Below, in pieces: positions 27,758 through 37,810 of a DNA stretch of 64,000 bases. Positions within the stretch are counted from its first letter, which is position 1, and every line of letters starts with the position of its first letter. The notes beneath the pieces were generated by a model that was given only the letters and a program-made list of their open reading frames with translations, did not search any database and was not told the origin of the DNA. The DNA comes from an uncultured Desulfospira sp. (GTDB lineage Bacteria > Desulfobacterota > Desulfobacteria > Desulfobacterales > Desulfobacteraceae): positions 960,001 through 1,024,000 of the forward strand of contig OY760175.1 in the NCBI GenBank assembly GCA_963663165.1, given 5' to 3'. A program made the position numbers and the translations under genes.

Positions 27758-27857
27758 TTTCCCCTCCTGTACAAGAAATAATTATGGGATGATTTTTTTT
27801 AAACCTGCCGGCTGCTTTACGGCCTGAGACCGGCGGACGGCCTTTCATCTGTAGGTA

Positions 27858-27875
27858 TTGCCACAATCGTGCCAA
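27858..27875 (-). promoter_or_regulatory. sigma54 promoter of the GyrI-like gene
   Basis: minus strand TTGGCACGATTGTGGCAA = GG-N10-GC. Confidence 0.7.
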
Positions 27876-27944
27876 AAAATTAATCCAATAAAAATCAAAT
27901 GGTTAAAAGAATCCATCCCTTTAAAAGCCCATAAAACCACATTA

Positions 27945-27967
27945 TTTGGCAGTTACTGGCTGCCAAA
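27945..27967. promoter_or_regulatory. palindromic activator site
   Basis: TTTGGCAG-N7-CTGCCAAA between the sigma54 promoter and the divergent activator gene. Confidence 0.55.
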
Positions 27968-28031
27968 TATTTAAGCCTTGAATAATTCTGCCATATTTGG
28001 GAGAATGCCCTGACCCCAAAGAGGAGAACCT

Positions 28032-29570
28032 ATGGACGACACTGATTTTTTCCGTCAGGTAACCCTTAGAATCTGCGGTAGCCTGAATATTGAAAAGGCC
28101 CTGTTTGACACCTATGAGTATTTATGCCGGCTTATGCCGGTGGACGAGGTGTCCTATACCCACTTTGTTCCGGATATGGGTGCCATTCAGTTTGTGGCCT
28201 GCGCTACCAAAGAAGGCGGCAGGAATTTGGGGCTCACCCCCATGCCCATGCCCCGGTCCCTGGTGGAATGGATGAAGCAGGACATCCCTGTCAAAGGTTA
28301 TTATGTGTTGAACCACCCAAATGATCATCCCCTATCCCGTGTCCTTACCCAATTTCGCGGAATGGATGAAAATACATCCATTCTGGTGTTGCGGCTGTTA
28401 ATGGAAAACAAATTTTTAGGGTCTTTTAACATGGCCTGTGCCGGAACCGGCCGGTATACCGGAGCACATACTAAACTTTTGTCAGCCGCCAAAGAGCCCC
28501 TGGCCATTGCTTTGAGCAATCATTTGAAACACCGGGAGGTCATTGCCCTCAAAGAGTTAAAGGAACAGGACAACCAATACCTGAAAAGCGAGCTTAACCG
28601 GCGGGTAAGCAACACCATTATCGGGGATGACTTCGGGCTTAAAGGCGTTATGACCCAGGTTCGCCAGGTGGCCGGGGAAAAAAGCCCGGTCCTGCTCTTA
28701 GGTGAAACCGGAACCGGCAAAGAGGTGATTGCCGCCGCCCTTCACAACCTGTCATCGCGCTCAACCGGCCCCTTTGTCACCATCAATTGCGGCGCCATCC
28801 CCGAAGGACTGGTTGACAGTGAATTGTTCGGCCATGAAAAAGGCGCTTTTACCGGTGCGGTCTCCCGGTACCGGGGCCGTTTTGAACGGGCCCACAAGGG
28901 CACTATATTCTTAGATGAAATCGGCGAACTGCCACTGCAGGCCCAGGTCAGGCTGTTAAGGGTCTTGCAGGAACACCGGATTGAACGGGTGGGGTCCACT
29001 CAGACCATCAAAGTTGATAACCGCGTTATCGCCGCCACCCACAGGGACCTGGAGGACATGGCGTCCAAGGGAACCTTCAGACAGGATCTGCTTTACCGGC
29101 TTAAAGTGTTTCCCATTCGCCTGCCCCCGTTACGGGACCGGCCATCGGACATCCCTGCCCTGGCCCAGCATTTTCTACAAAAAAAAGGTCAGGAACTTGG
29201 CATGGGACACCCCCCGAAAATAGGGCAGGATTTTTTAAACCAGCTGCTGTCTTACCACTGGCCGGGAAATGTCCGGGAACTTGAAAATTTTATTGAGCGA
29301 AAGCTTATCGTGAACCGGGGGGCTGCCATGCTTCCGGGAAAGGATCCGGACACCCAAAAGGATTTAACCTGTGTTCAACCCGGCCAGGATGATGACAGGG
29401 TGTTATTATCCCTTGACCAGGCCATAAAACGACATATTGAAAAGGCCATGGAACTTTGCGGGGGACGGATAGAGGGGCGTGACGGCCTTGCCGAGCGATT
29501 GGACATCAAGCCCAACACATTGCGTGCCCGGATGAAAAAGCTTGATATCCCCTTTGGCCGAAAAAGATGA
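28032..29570 (+). CDS. GAF-domain sigma54-dependent activator (FhlA/NifA-like)
   Basis: [29 protein letters not shown]-terminal HTH. Confidence 0.95.
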   Translation: MDDTDFFRQVTLRICGSLNIEKALFDTYEYLCRLMPVDEVSYTHFVPDMGAIQFVACATKEGGRNLGLTPMPMPRSLVEWMKQDIPVKGYYVLNHPNDHPLSRVLTQFRGMDENTSILVLRLLMENKFLGSFNMACAGTGRYTGAHTKLLSAAKEPLAIALSNHLKHREVIALKELKEQDNQYLKSELNRRVSNTIIGDDFGLKGVMTQVRQVAGEKSPVLLLGETGTGKEVIAAALHNLSSRSTGPFVTINCGAIPEGLVDSELFGHEKGAFTGAVSRYRGRFERAHKGTIFLDEIGELPLQAQVRLLRVLQEHRIERVGSTQTIKVDNRVIAATHRDLEDMASKGTFRQDLLYRLKVFPIRLPPLRDRPSDIPALAQHFLQKKGQELGMGHPPKIGQDFLNQLLSYHWPGNVRELENFIERKLIVNRGAAMLPGKDPDTQKDLTCVQPGQDDDRVLLSLDQAIKRHIEKAMELCGGRIEGRDGLAERLDIKPNTLRARMKKLDIPFGRKR

Positions 29571-29737
29571 CCTTAATGTCCGCTTTCAGGCCCCCCCGGC
29601 ATCAGCTGACCCAAAAGAAAAGGGCTTTCAATAATTTCTGGGGTATCTCCCCGAACCCATCAGTTCTCACCGGATCCAAACTGATCCATAACCAGATCAC
29701 GACGGTAATCCCGGCTGAACTCCCCGTTATTATGCCT

Positions 29738-30166
29738 TCAAAACATGGCAAACTCCCAAGGATTGATAATATTAACACCTGCTGCCTGAAACGGGCTCAC
29801 ATCTCTGGTTGCGACACTAAATCGATTGGCAGCGGCAATTGCGGCAATATACCCATCGGCCGCAGCAATTGCCTGGCCGGAGGATTTTGCGTTTGCCATG
29901 AGTTCAGCATAAGCTGTTGTGCAGTTAACATCAAAGGAACATACACGTCCGGTGAATAGAGGCAAAATTTGATTTTCAATACTGTTTTCCAGTTCATCCC
30001 GCCGCTTTCCAGCCGGCAGGCTTTTGATGCCAAAACGCAACTGGGCAACAGTGATTGCCGATAAATAAAGCGTTTCAATTGATTGTGCATCAATCCAGTT
30101 AATGACATGGGTTTCAGGAAAAGGACGCAATGGTTCAGAAACGACATTTATGTCTAACAATATCAT
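29738..30166 (-). CDS. vapC: PIN-domain toxin (VapC/FitB/StbB)
   Basis: MILLDINVVSE, DGYIAAIA, VATRD, NPW. Confidence 0.9.
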   Translation of the reverse strand: MILLDINVVSEPLRPFPETHVINWIDAQSIETLYLSAITVAQLRFGIKSLPAGKRRDELENSIENQILPLFTGRVCSFDVNCTTAYAELMANAKSSGQAIAAADGYIAAIAAANRFSVATRDVSPFQAAGVNIINPWEFAMF

Positions 30167-30417
30167 TTAAAATCCACCGGTTTGGCCGGGGTTTTATCCC
30201 GGCTCTGCCCAAAAACCGAAAACTCATCATCGGTCAAGTTCATTTTCCGCCCGATGCTGGCAAGGAGCGAACCGAGTTTGACCCGTCCTTCCGGTTGGAC
30301 AGCATTACCCAATATTTCCCGGATTTCAGCCTCGGCACTACGGCCATGATGTGCGGCCCTAACCCGTAAAGCACGATGGACCTCCTCCGGTACATTTCTG
30401 ACAGTGATGGATGGCAT
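30163..30417 (-). CDS. ribbon-helix-helix antitoxin (FitA/StbC)
   Basis: MPSITVRNVPEEVHRALRVRAAHHGRSAEAEIREIL; ATGA overlap with the toxin. Confidence 0.9.
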   Translation of the reverse strand: MPSITVRNVPEEVHRALRVRAAHHGRSAEAEIREILGNAVQPEGRVKLGSLLASIGRKMNLTDDEFSVFGQSRDKTPAKPVDFK

Positions 30418-30555
30418 GACTTCATCTCCATAGAATGATTTATTTGAAAGCATTATATTATTTTGCAAGCAAATAAATCAAGGGAAGATTCCTGAAAAAT
30501 CCTAATCCAATTTTTGGGCAACCCTCTGATCCGTTCCAGGGGAAGGGTTAACCCG

Positions 30556-33500
30556 TCAGGCTCCAAGGCGTTTTAAAATGGCGATGGTTTCTTTTAAGGC
30601 CGGGGATATGTTCAGCCGTTTCTGGCCCAAAACAAAGCGGATGGTGTCCTTGGTGATGAACTTGTGGGCCGGCAGTTTTGAAAGCTGCTCTAATAACCGG
30701 TTTTTGGAAATTTTCAGGTGGGGTTCTGAAAAGGAAAGGGTCAGGATATCCGGGGTAATGTCCAGCCGCTGGATGCCGATCTGGATGGCATAGACCCGGA
30801 GCATGATCCTGAACAGCATGTTTTCAGCTTCTCGCGGCAGGTTGCCGTACCGGTCGGTGAGTTCCTTTTTCATATCGGAGATCTCAGACACCTGGGTTAA
30901 CCGGGACAGTCTTCGGTAAAGGGTGAGGCGCTGTTCCACGGATTCCACATAAGATTCGGGAAATCCCGCGGAAATGGCGGCATTGATTTCAGGCTCCAAG
31001 GGAGCGGTTCTGGTTTCTCCTTTAAGCTCACTGACCGCATTGTCCAAAAGTTTTAAGAACATGTCATACCCCACCGCCGCAATATGGCCGGACTGTGAGG
31101 CCCCAAGCGCCGTGCCGGCCCCACGGATCTGAAGGTCTTTCATGGCGATCTGGAATCCGGAACCAAGGTCTTTATGCTCCATTAAGGCGGCCAGCCGTTT
31201 TTTGGCATCTTTGGTCAGCCTTGATTCATCGCCGATAAACAGATAGGCATAGGCCTGGTGGTCTCCGCGCCCGATCCTTCCCCGAAGCTGGTAGATCTGG
31301 GAAAGCCCGAAGTTCTCAGCCCGGTCAATGATCATGGTGTTGGCCGAAGGAATGTCCAGGCCCGATTCCACAATGGTGGTGCAGACCAGGACATTGATCT
31401 CCACATTAACAAACTGGAACATGACCTTTTCAAGCTCAGCTTCGGACAGCCTTCCGTGGGCCACCCCGATTCTGGCTTCCGGCACCAGGGTTTTGATCTG
31501 GTCAGCTACTTTAAAAATGGTCTTTATGTTGTTGTGGACAAAAAAGACCTGGCCCTTCCGGTCCAGTTCCTTTCGCACGGCATCCCGGACAATGACATCC
31601 TCGTATTTGGAGATATAAGAAACAATGGGCTGACGGTCCGCCGGCGGCGTGGCAATAACGCTGATATCCCGCATGCCGGTCAAGGACATGTGAAGGGTCC
31701 TCGGGATGGGGGTGGCGCTTAAGGCCAGCACATCCACGCTGCTTCGTTTTTTCTTTAAGGCCTCCTTGTGCTTGACCCCGAACCGCTGTTCCTCGTCAAT
31801 GACCAGAAGCCCCAAAGACTTGAACACCACGTCCTTTTGCAGCAGCCGGTGGGTGCCGATAACGATGTCTACAACCCCTGAGGCCAGCTGCTTTAAAATC
31901 CGACCGGTCTCTTTGGCGCTCCTGAACCGTGACAGGCATTCCACCTGCACCGGATAGTCTTCAAATCTTTTCCGGAAAGTGTCCAGATGCTGTTCCGCCA
32001 GGATTGTTGTGGGCACCACAATGGCCGCCTGTTTGCCGTCATTGACCGCTTTAAAGGCGGCCCTTATGGCCACTTCGGTCTTTCCATACCCCACATCCCC
32101 GCAGACCAGCCGGTCCATGGGGATGGACGATTCCATGTCCTCACACACATCGTCAATGGCCTTTAGCTGGTCCCGGGTCTCCTCATAGGCAAAGGAGGCT
32201 TCAAAATCGCTGTAATAATTGTCGGGTTTAGAAAAGGCGAATCCCTGGTTGACCTTTCTTCTGGCATACAGATCCAGCAGGTCGGCCGCCATTTTCTCCA
32301 CCTCAGCCTTGGCCTTGGCCTTGGAATTGATCCAGGACTTGGACCCGATCTTGTCCAGCACCGGGGTGTACCCGTCCACCCCGATGTATTTTCCGATCAT
32401 CTCAATGCGGTCCACGGGCAGATAGAGCTTGTCGTCATCCTTGAACAGGATCAGGATAAAATCCTGGGTCAGCCGGTCAATGGTCAGGCTGCAAAGTCCC
32501 TCGTACCGGCCGATACCATGTTCTAAGTGAACCACGATGTCCCCGTTTTTCAACTCTTCAGGGGCAATGAATTCGGTTTTCAGATCCCGGGCCGTGGTTT
32601 TCTTTCGCCGGATTCTTTTTTTCCCGAAAATCTCGTTTTCTGTAATGATGGCCAAATTTTCCCGGGCCGCGGTAAAGCCTGCGGAAAGGGTTCCCAGAAG
32701 GGCGTAAAGGCCGGGGGGACGGCAAATTGCATCATCAAAGGTATCCACCAATGACGGCTCAATACCGTAGGGGCCCAACAGGGAGACCAGCCGGTTGGCC
32801 TGGGCGGTCTGCCCGGTGACCAGCACAATGCGGTTCTGGTCCTGCTGATGTTTCTTGAGCCATTCCACCAGAGGGGTTAAAGGGGTCTCTTCGCCGGCCT
32901 GCCGGTTGAGCCGGCCGGATAGCAGGGTGTTGTCCTCGATGGGAAATTCAAACACGGGATTGGCTTTCCGGTCCTCTTCCAGGGCAATGGATTTAAATTC
33001 AATGGTGTTTCGCAAATAAATTTTTTGGACCATCTCATCCCAGGACAGATAAATGGATTCGGGAAGGACACACAGCCGGTTTTCCTCAACCACGGTTTGA
33101 TAGTTGAGCCGTGCGCTTTCTAAAAAGTCTTGGGTCCTGGATTTGAGCAGGTCCGGGGAATCCAGCAGGATCATCCCGTCATCCGGGAAATAATCAAAAA
33201 AGGAATCCAGGGTGTCATATACAATGGACAGCATGCTTTCCACACCCGGGAACCGCCCGGTTTCCCGGACCTCATTGACCAGTGCCCGGATTCTTGCCTG
33301 ATCAATCCCGGCAATGGTGCCGGCCTGTCGCAGACGGGCCAGGATATGGGGCTGGGTTGAAACGGGCATCACCGCTTCCGTGGCCGGGATCAGCACCATC
33401 TCAGACAGTTCTTTGGTCCCCCGCTGAGAGTATACGCTGAAATACCGGATGGATTCCACCAGGTCCCCGAAGAATTCAATCCGGACCGGCTGATTTTCAC

Positions 33501-34080
33501 CCGGGCAGAACACATCCAAAATCCCGCCCCTGACCGAATAGTCTCCCGGATCTTCCACAAGGCCGGTCCGAGCGTATCCTGAGGCCTCCAGGGCCGCCAC
33601 CAGGGATGCCATGTCGGTTTCTTCATTGGCCATGACCAGTTCTGAATATTCCCGGATGGTTTTAGAGGGGATCAGCCGTTGGGCCAGTGTATCCACGTGG
33701 GTCACGATGAAAAGGGCCTTATCCGCCCTGCCCTGCAAGTCCTGGAGCCGGGACAGCACCGCCAGCCTTGAGGTGGCTGTTTCCCGGTGGTAAGATAAGG
33801 ACTTAAAGGCCTGGATATGGTATCCGGGAAAATACATGATCCGGTCTTTGAACCGGGGCATGAAAAATTCAAGGTCTGTTATGAATTGAAGGGCGCTTTT
33901 CTGGTCAGGCAGGACCGCCAGTGTGGGGCGGCCGGAGGCCGTAAACAGCCTTGCCGCCATATAGGCCTTTGGCCCGCCGGATTCAGGGGTCACCACCAGG
34001 CTGTGGCCATGGCCCAGCACGGCCTTGATGTCGGAATCCGTACCCAGTGACGCTATAGTTTGTGTGGCAGAACCGGTCAT
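30556..34080 (-). CDS. mfd: transcription-repair coupling factor
   Basis: RGGILD, VVHLEHGIGRY, GDVGYGKTEVA, DEEQRFG, SATPIPR, QLRGRIGR, TRCF C-terminus. Confidence 0.98.
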   Translation of the reverse strand: MTGSATQTIASLGTDSDIKAVLGHGHSLVVTPESGGPKAYMAARLFTASGRPTLAVLPDQKSALQFITDLEFFMPRFKDRIMYFPGYHIQAFKSLSYHRETATSRLAVLSRLQDLQGRADKALFIVTHVDTLAQRLIPSKTIREYSELVMANEETDMASLVAALEASGYARTGLVEDPGDYSVRGGILDVFCPGENQPVRIEFFGDLVESIRYFSVYSQRGTKELSEMVLIPATEAVMPVSTQPHILARLRQAGTIAGIDQARIRALVNEVRETGRFPGVESMLSIVYDTLDSFFDYFPDDGMILLDSPDLLKSRTQDFLESARLNYQTVVEENRLCVLPESIYLSWDEMVQKIYLRNTIEFKSIALEEDRKANPVFEFPIEDNTLLSGRLNRQAGEETPLTPLVEWLKKHQQDQNRIVLVTGQTAQANRLVSLLGPYGIEPSLVDTFDDAICRPPGLYALLGTLSAGFTAARENLAIITENEIFGKKRIRRKKTTARDLKTEFIAPEELKNGDIVVHLEHGIGRYEGLCSLTIDRLTQDFILILFKDDDKLYLPVDRIEMIGKYIGVDGYTPVLDKIGSKSWINSKAKAKAEVEKMAADLLDLYARRKVNQGFAFSKPDNYYSDFEASFAYEETRDQLKAIDDVCEDMESSIPMDRLVCGDVGYGKTEVAIRAAFKAVNDGKQAAIVVPTTILAEQHLDTFRKRFEDYPVQVECLSRFRSAKETGRILKQLASGVVDIVIGTHRLLQKDVVFKSLGLLVIDEEQRFGVKHKEALKKKRSSVDVLALSATPIPRTLHMSLTGMRDISVIATPPADRQPIVSYISKYEDVIVRDAVRKELDRKGQVFFVHNNIKTIFKVADQIKTLVPEARIGVAHGRLSEAELEKVMFQFVNVEINVLVCTTIVESGLDIPSANTMIIDRAENFGLSQIYQLRGRIGRGDHQAYAYLFIGDESRLTKDAKKRLAALMEHKDLGSGFQIAMKDLQIRGAGTALGASQSGHIAAVGYDMFLKLLDNAVSELKGETRTAPLEPEINAAISAGFPESYVESVEQRLTLYRRLSRLTQVSEISDMKKELTDRYGNLPREAENMLFRIMLRVYAIQIGIQRLDITPDILTLSFSEPHLKISKNRLLEQLSKLPAHKFITKDTIRFVLGQKRLNISPALKETIAILKRLGA

Positions 34081-34103
34081 AAATTTTTAAAGCCTGATAG
34101 GAC

Positions 34104-34934
34104 TTATTTTAGGGATATTTTACAATTGGGGCCGGTGATCAGCAGGTTATTGCTCACCGTAGACTGAATATGCTCCATTTTGCTTCCCATCAAAATTTCC
34201 TTTATCATGCCGTGGCCGTATGCCCCCAAGACAATCAGGGAATCATGGGGAACATCGTAAAGCATCTGGTCAAAGGCCTGGCTGTCATAAAAATGCCATT
34301 TTTGCGCATACTGTTCCACCAGGGGCTTTAAATCCGTATCATTAACAATATCCCGGTAACTGTCCTCACCCTTGTTTTCAAGAAGGGTGTAAATGTTGAT
34401 GGCATGTCCCGAAGCCATGGCAATTTTCAATCCTAAGGTCAAGGCATTCATGGCATTGGTGGACCCGCCGAAAAACACAGAAATACTATTCCAGGGTTTG
34501 AATACCGGGCTGCTGATCAATACCGGGAAACTGGCATGTTTAATGATTCTTCTGACCTTGGGGCCTAAATGGCCCAGCCCGATCTTGCTGGACAGGTCAC
34601 TGACCGACCGGGGACAGCAAAGGTAATCAAACTGGGTGGACACATCGGGCAGAGTAGAGGCGGTATAATTCTTAGGCTCGTAAAACCGCGGGGGAAGGCC
34701 TGCCTGTTCAAACAGGGCAGTGGCATGTTCCACGGCGGTTTCGGCAAAGGCGAGATAAGAACCGTCTAAATCCACCTGTACGGCGTCATTGGCAAAGTAC
34801 ATCAAAAACTTGTCGTTTTTGGGAATATAGGCCACAAGACTTGCGTTTATGGTTTTGCAAAAATACAGGGACTGCAAAAAGGTTTCCCTGCCAAAGGGAG
34901 TGTTCCTGAATATGTGAAGCAGTTTATAATTCAT
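34104..34934 (-). CDS. universal stress protein family
   Basis: PVLI and LIVLGAYGH...ILMGS motifs. Confidence 0.75.
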   Translation of the reverse strand: MNYKLLHIFRNTPFGRETFLQSLYFCKTINASLVAYIPKNDKFLMYFANDAVQVDLDGSYLAFAETAVEHATALFEQAGLPPRFYEPKNYTASTLPDVSTQFDYLCCPRSVSDLSSKIGLGHLGPKVRRIIKHASFPVLISSPVFKPWNSISVFFGGSTNAMNALTLGLKIAMASGHAINIYTLLENKGEDSYRDIVNDTDLKPLVEQYAQKWHFYDSQAFDQMLYDVPHDSLIVLGAYGHGMIKEILMGSKMEHIQSTVSNNLLITGPNCKISLK

Positions 34935-34968
34935 ATGACGTCTCCTTTAAACCGGTTCATTGGTTGGT

Positions 34969-36708
34969 TCATTGTATATTGGTCTGCATAATTAATTCCC
35001 TGCGGTATAAATCCAGTATCCTTGCCTTGGAAATCATCCCAATGAACCGGTTGTGGTCAACCAGGGGGATATAATCCATGTGAAAGGCCTCCATGGTTTC
35101 CAGGACATCGTGAAGCTCATCATCAAAAGAGGCCGTCACCACATCCGTGTCCATGACCTGGTTTAAAAACAGCATGTCATAGATGGCCGGGTTAAGGGCA
35201 TACCGCCGGATATGGGCCAGGTTGATGAGCCCCAGATACTCGCCGGTCTCGTCGGAAACCACCGGATAATGGTTTTGGGGGGATTTTCGAATCAGGTCGA
35301 TAAACTTTCTGAACACCATGTTTTCAGAAACCTTTTGATACTGGGTGTCCACAATTTCACTTAAGCTTAAGTCCGATAAAATCCGGGCATCGGTGCCCGG
35401 CCGCATGAACTCTCCCCTGGCAATGAGGTCCTTAAAATAAAAAGAGGAGGGCTCAATATAGTGGCTTAAGGTAGACGAAATAGACGACACCAGCAGCAGC
35501 GGCAAAATGGCCTCATACCCGCCGGTGATTTCAACGATCAGAAAAATGCCGGTCAGGGGGGCCTGCATCACCCCTGAAATAATACCGGCCATGCCCAAAA
35601 GCGCATAGGCGCCGCCGGGCGCAATGGCCGTCCCGGGCGCCGTTCCGGGCAATATAAAAATTAAAGCCTGATAATACACCACCCCGCTCAGGCTGCCGAT
35701 AACCAGGCAGGGGGCAAAGATGCCGCCGGACCCGCCCCAGCCAAGGGTCATGGCCGTGGCCAGCATTTTGGCAAACAGGGCGGCAGACACAAACCAGAAT
35801 GCCATGGGAAAGGATCCGTGTACCATTTCCAGGATGGGATGGTACCCCTCTCCAAGGACCACGGGCATGGCCATGCCCATAACCCCCACCGTGCATCCCC
35901 CGATCAGGGCCCTGGTCCATTGGGGAACCGGGGTTTTTCTGGCCACCTTGCCTACCTTGCCCAGCATCCGTGTAAAACTGACCGATACCAGGGCCGTAAA
36001 CAAGGCAAGGCCAAGACTGGCCAGGGTATCTGCCGGAAGAAAGGTAAAGGGGTGATGATGAAACATCTCTTTTTGGGGAATAATGGCCTCGCTGATCTGG
36101 GCACCGGCCACGGCCGCAACGGCAATGGGAATGATATTGACGAATTTCCACTCCCCGAGGATGACCTCAACGGTAAAGATCAGCCCGGCAATGGGGGCAT
36201 GAAAAATAGAGGCAATGGCCCCTGCAGACCCGCACCCGACAATGGTGATCCGCTGCCGGTCGTTGAGCCCCAGAAATTTGCCGATATTGGAGCCGATGGC
36301 CGATCCGCTCATGACCACAGGGGCCTCAGGGCCGGCGGAGCCGCCGCTGGCAATGGTCAAAAAACTGGACACCAGGCGGGACCAGGCCGATCGAAGCCTC
36401 AACAGGCCCGCCCTTCTGGATACCGCATAGATCACTTCCGGCACCCCGTGGCCGGCCCCTTCCCTGACCACTTTTTCCAAAAATAAAGACGACAGGCAGG
36501 CACCGGCCCCGGGAAGAATAAAGGCCCAGTAGTACTGCCGGTAAGGCCTTAAGAAATCTAACACCGAGGCTAAGGACAGCCTTAAGGCCACAGCGGCAAG
36601 GCCGGCACAGACACCGGCGATAGAGCCGGCTATGAGCAGCAGAAGACGGTCGTCCAGGCGAAAAAGTTTTTGATAAACAAGCTTATAAAGTTGTTTTATG
36701 TTCGGCAT
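34969..36708 (-). CDS. ClC-family anion/H+ transporter with CBS pair
   Basis: GHGVPE, GGSAGPEAP, GGIFAP, C-terminal CBS domains. Confidence 0.92.
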   Translation of the reverse strand: MPNIKQLYKLVYQKLFRLDDRLLLLIAGSIAGVCAGLAAVALRLSLASVLDFLRPYRQYYWAFILPGAGACLSSLFLEKVVREGAGHGVPEVIYAVSRRAGLLRLRSAWSRLVSSFLTIASGGSAGPEAPVVMSGSAIGSNIGKFLGLNDRQRITIVGCGSAGAIASIFHAPIAGLIFTVEVILGEWKFVNIIPIAVAAVAGAQISEAIIPQKEMFHHHPFTFLPADTLASLGLALFTALVSVSFTRMLGKVGKVARKTPVPQWTRALIGGCTVGVMGMAMPVVLGEGYHPILEMVHGSFPMAFWFVSAALFAKMLATAMTLGWGGSGGIFAPCLVIGSLSGVVYYQALIFILPGTAPGTAIAPGGAYALLGMAGIISGVMQAPLTGIFLIVEITGGYEAILPLLLVSSISSTLSHYIEPSSFYFKDLIARGEFMRPGTDARILSDLSLSEIVDTQYQKVSENMVFRKFIDLIRKSPQNHYPVVSDETGEYLGLINLAHIRRYALNPAIYDMLFLNQVMDTDVVTASFDDELHDVLETMEAFHMDYIPLVDHNRFIGMISKARILDLYRRELIMQTNIQ

Positions 36709-36739
36709 GATGAATCAATCCTGCTTGGCAGACGAAGGG

Positions 36740-37414
36740 CTAAATTCCCTCTGACAGTTTAAGGGAATGAATTTGTTCAATAAGCCCTGTTTTATCCGGA
36801 CAGGTTTTTAAGAATTCACAAAACTGACGGTTCCGAAGGCAGAAAGACAGAGAAGACAGCAAATGAAGATGGAATTTCAATTCCGGGCATAAAATAAAAA
36901 ACAGAATGGAAACCGGCTGTTGGTCCAGGGCCTTGTAATCCACCGGCGTTTTAAGAAAACAGGTCGCCACCAGGGGCCGATCCAGGTATCCGAGGGGGGT
37001 CCTGGGATGGGGAACGGCCATTCCGTTGCCCACGCCAGTGGACAGGGCCTGTTCCCGCTTTAACACCTGGTCTAAAAGATCGGCCTTAAAATCACCCGGC
37101 ACCGCTTCAATCCGGTCAATACATGCCTCAAGAACGGACGGCACATCCGTTCCCTCAATATCATGGTAAACCCCGCCCGCATCCATGGCCGCGGACAGGT
37201 CCACTTCGGTTTCACTTTGAGGTGCCGGGTCTTTGGGCGCTTCAAGATTTAAGGCAAAATTATTTTTGGCTGCCCATTTTTTCAAATCCCGGGCCTGGAA
37301 GGTATAGGTGCTCCCCTTCTGGGCCACGGGGAATTTTCCCTGGCGGATCCAGCGTTCAATGGTGGTATGGGAAACCCCTAAATATTTGCTCAACTGAGCT
37401 ATTGAAATATCCAT
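36740..37414 (-). CDS. excisionase-type HTH fused to PTS EIIA (PtsN-like) domain
   Basis: LSKYLGVSHTTIERW; RE..LSTGVGNGMAVPHPR phospho-His motif. Confidence 0.9.
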   Translation of the reverse strand: MDISIAQLSKYLGVSHTTIERWIRQGKFPVAQKGSTYTFQARDLKKWAAKNNFALNLEAPKDPAPQSETEVDLSAAMDAGGVYHDIEGTDVPSVLEACIDRIEAVPGDFKADLLDQVLKREQALSTGVGNGMAVPHPRTPLGYLDRPLVATCFLKTPVDYKALDQQPVSILFFILCPELKFHLHLLSSLSFCLRNRQFCEFLKTCPDKTGLIEQIHSLKLSEGI

Positions 37415-37681
37415 TATTAAAACGGCTGTACGGTTTTATTTTCTATTTTTATAACCACGGACTGCGGACCGCAAAGGATTTTTTATCCTGTCCGCCCGCA
37501 ACAAAGCCCGATAGCTTAAACGCTAACGGCTGAGCACATTAATCTAAACGTTGCCTTTTATAAACCAAACCAGCCGGAATAACAACCGATAACCTTTTTT
37601 ATCTTAAAAAAGAGGCATATTGGGGGTTAATGCACAGGCCGTCGCATGTTACCTGCAGGCGGATTGGTATGGTATTAAGGA

Positions 37682-37785
37682 TAATGTATATTGTTGAGAC
37701 TTGGGATATGGGATATGGGACTTGGGGAGGCCGTGGATGCCGCAATCCCCAGGTCCCATATCCCAAGTCCCAAGTCCAATTTTTT
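37682..37785 (+). repeat. 104-bp palindromic heptamer-periodic repeat, copy 1
   Basis: identical to 51727-51830; diverged relative at 58218-58290. Confidence 0.9.
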
Positions 37786-37810
37786 AAAACTTTATTTTAC
37801 AACGGATTCC

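Noticed and set aside
37674..37701. dif-like site ATTAAGGATAA-TGTATA-TTGTTGAGACT
   Set aside because: Only the central ATAATGTATATT matches dif; the XerD arm is poor and the sequence is part of a repeat that recurs at 51727
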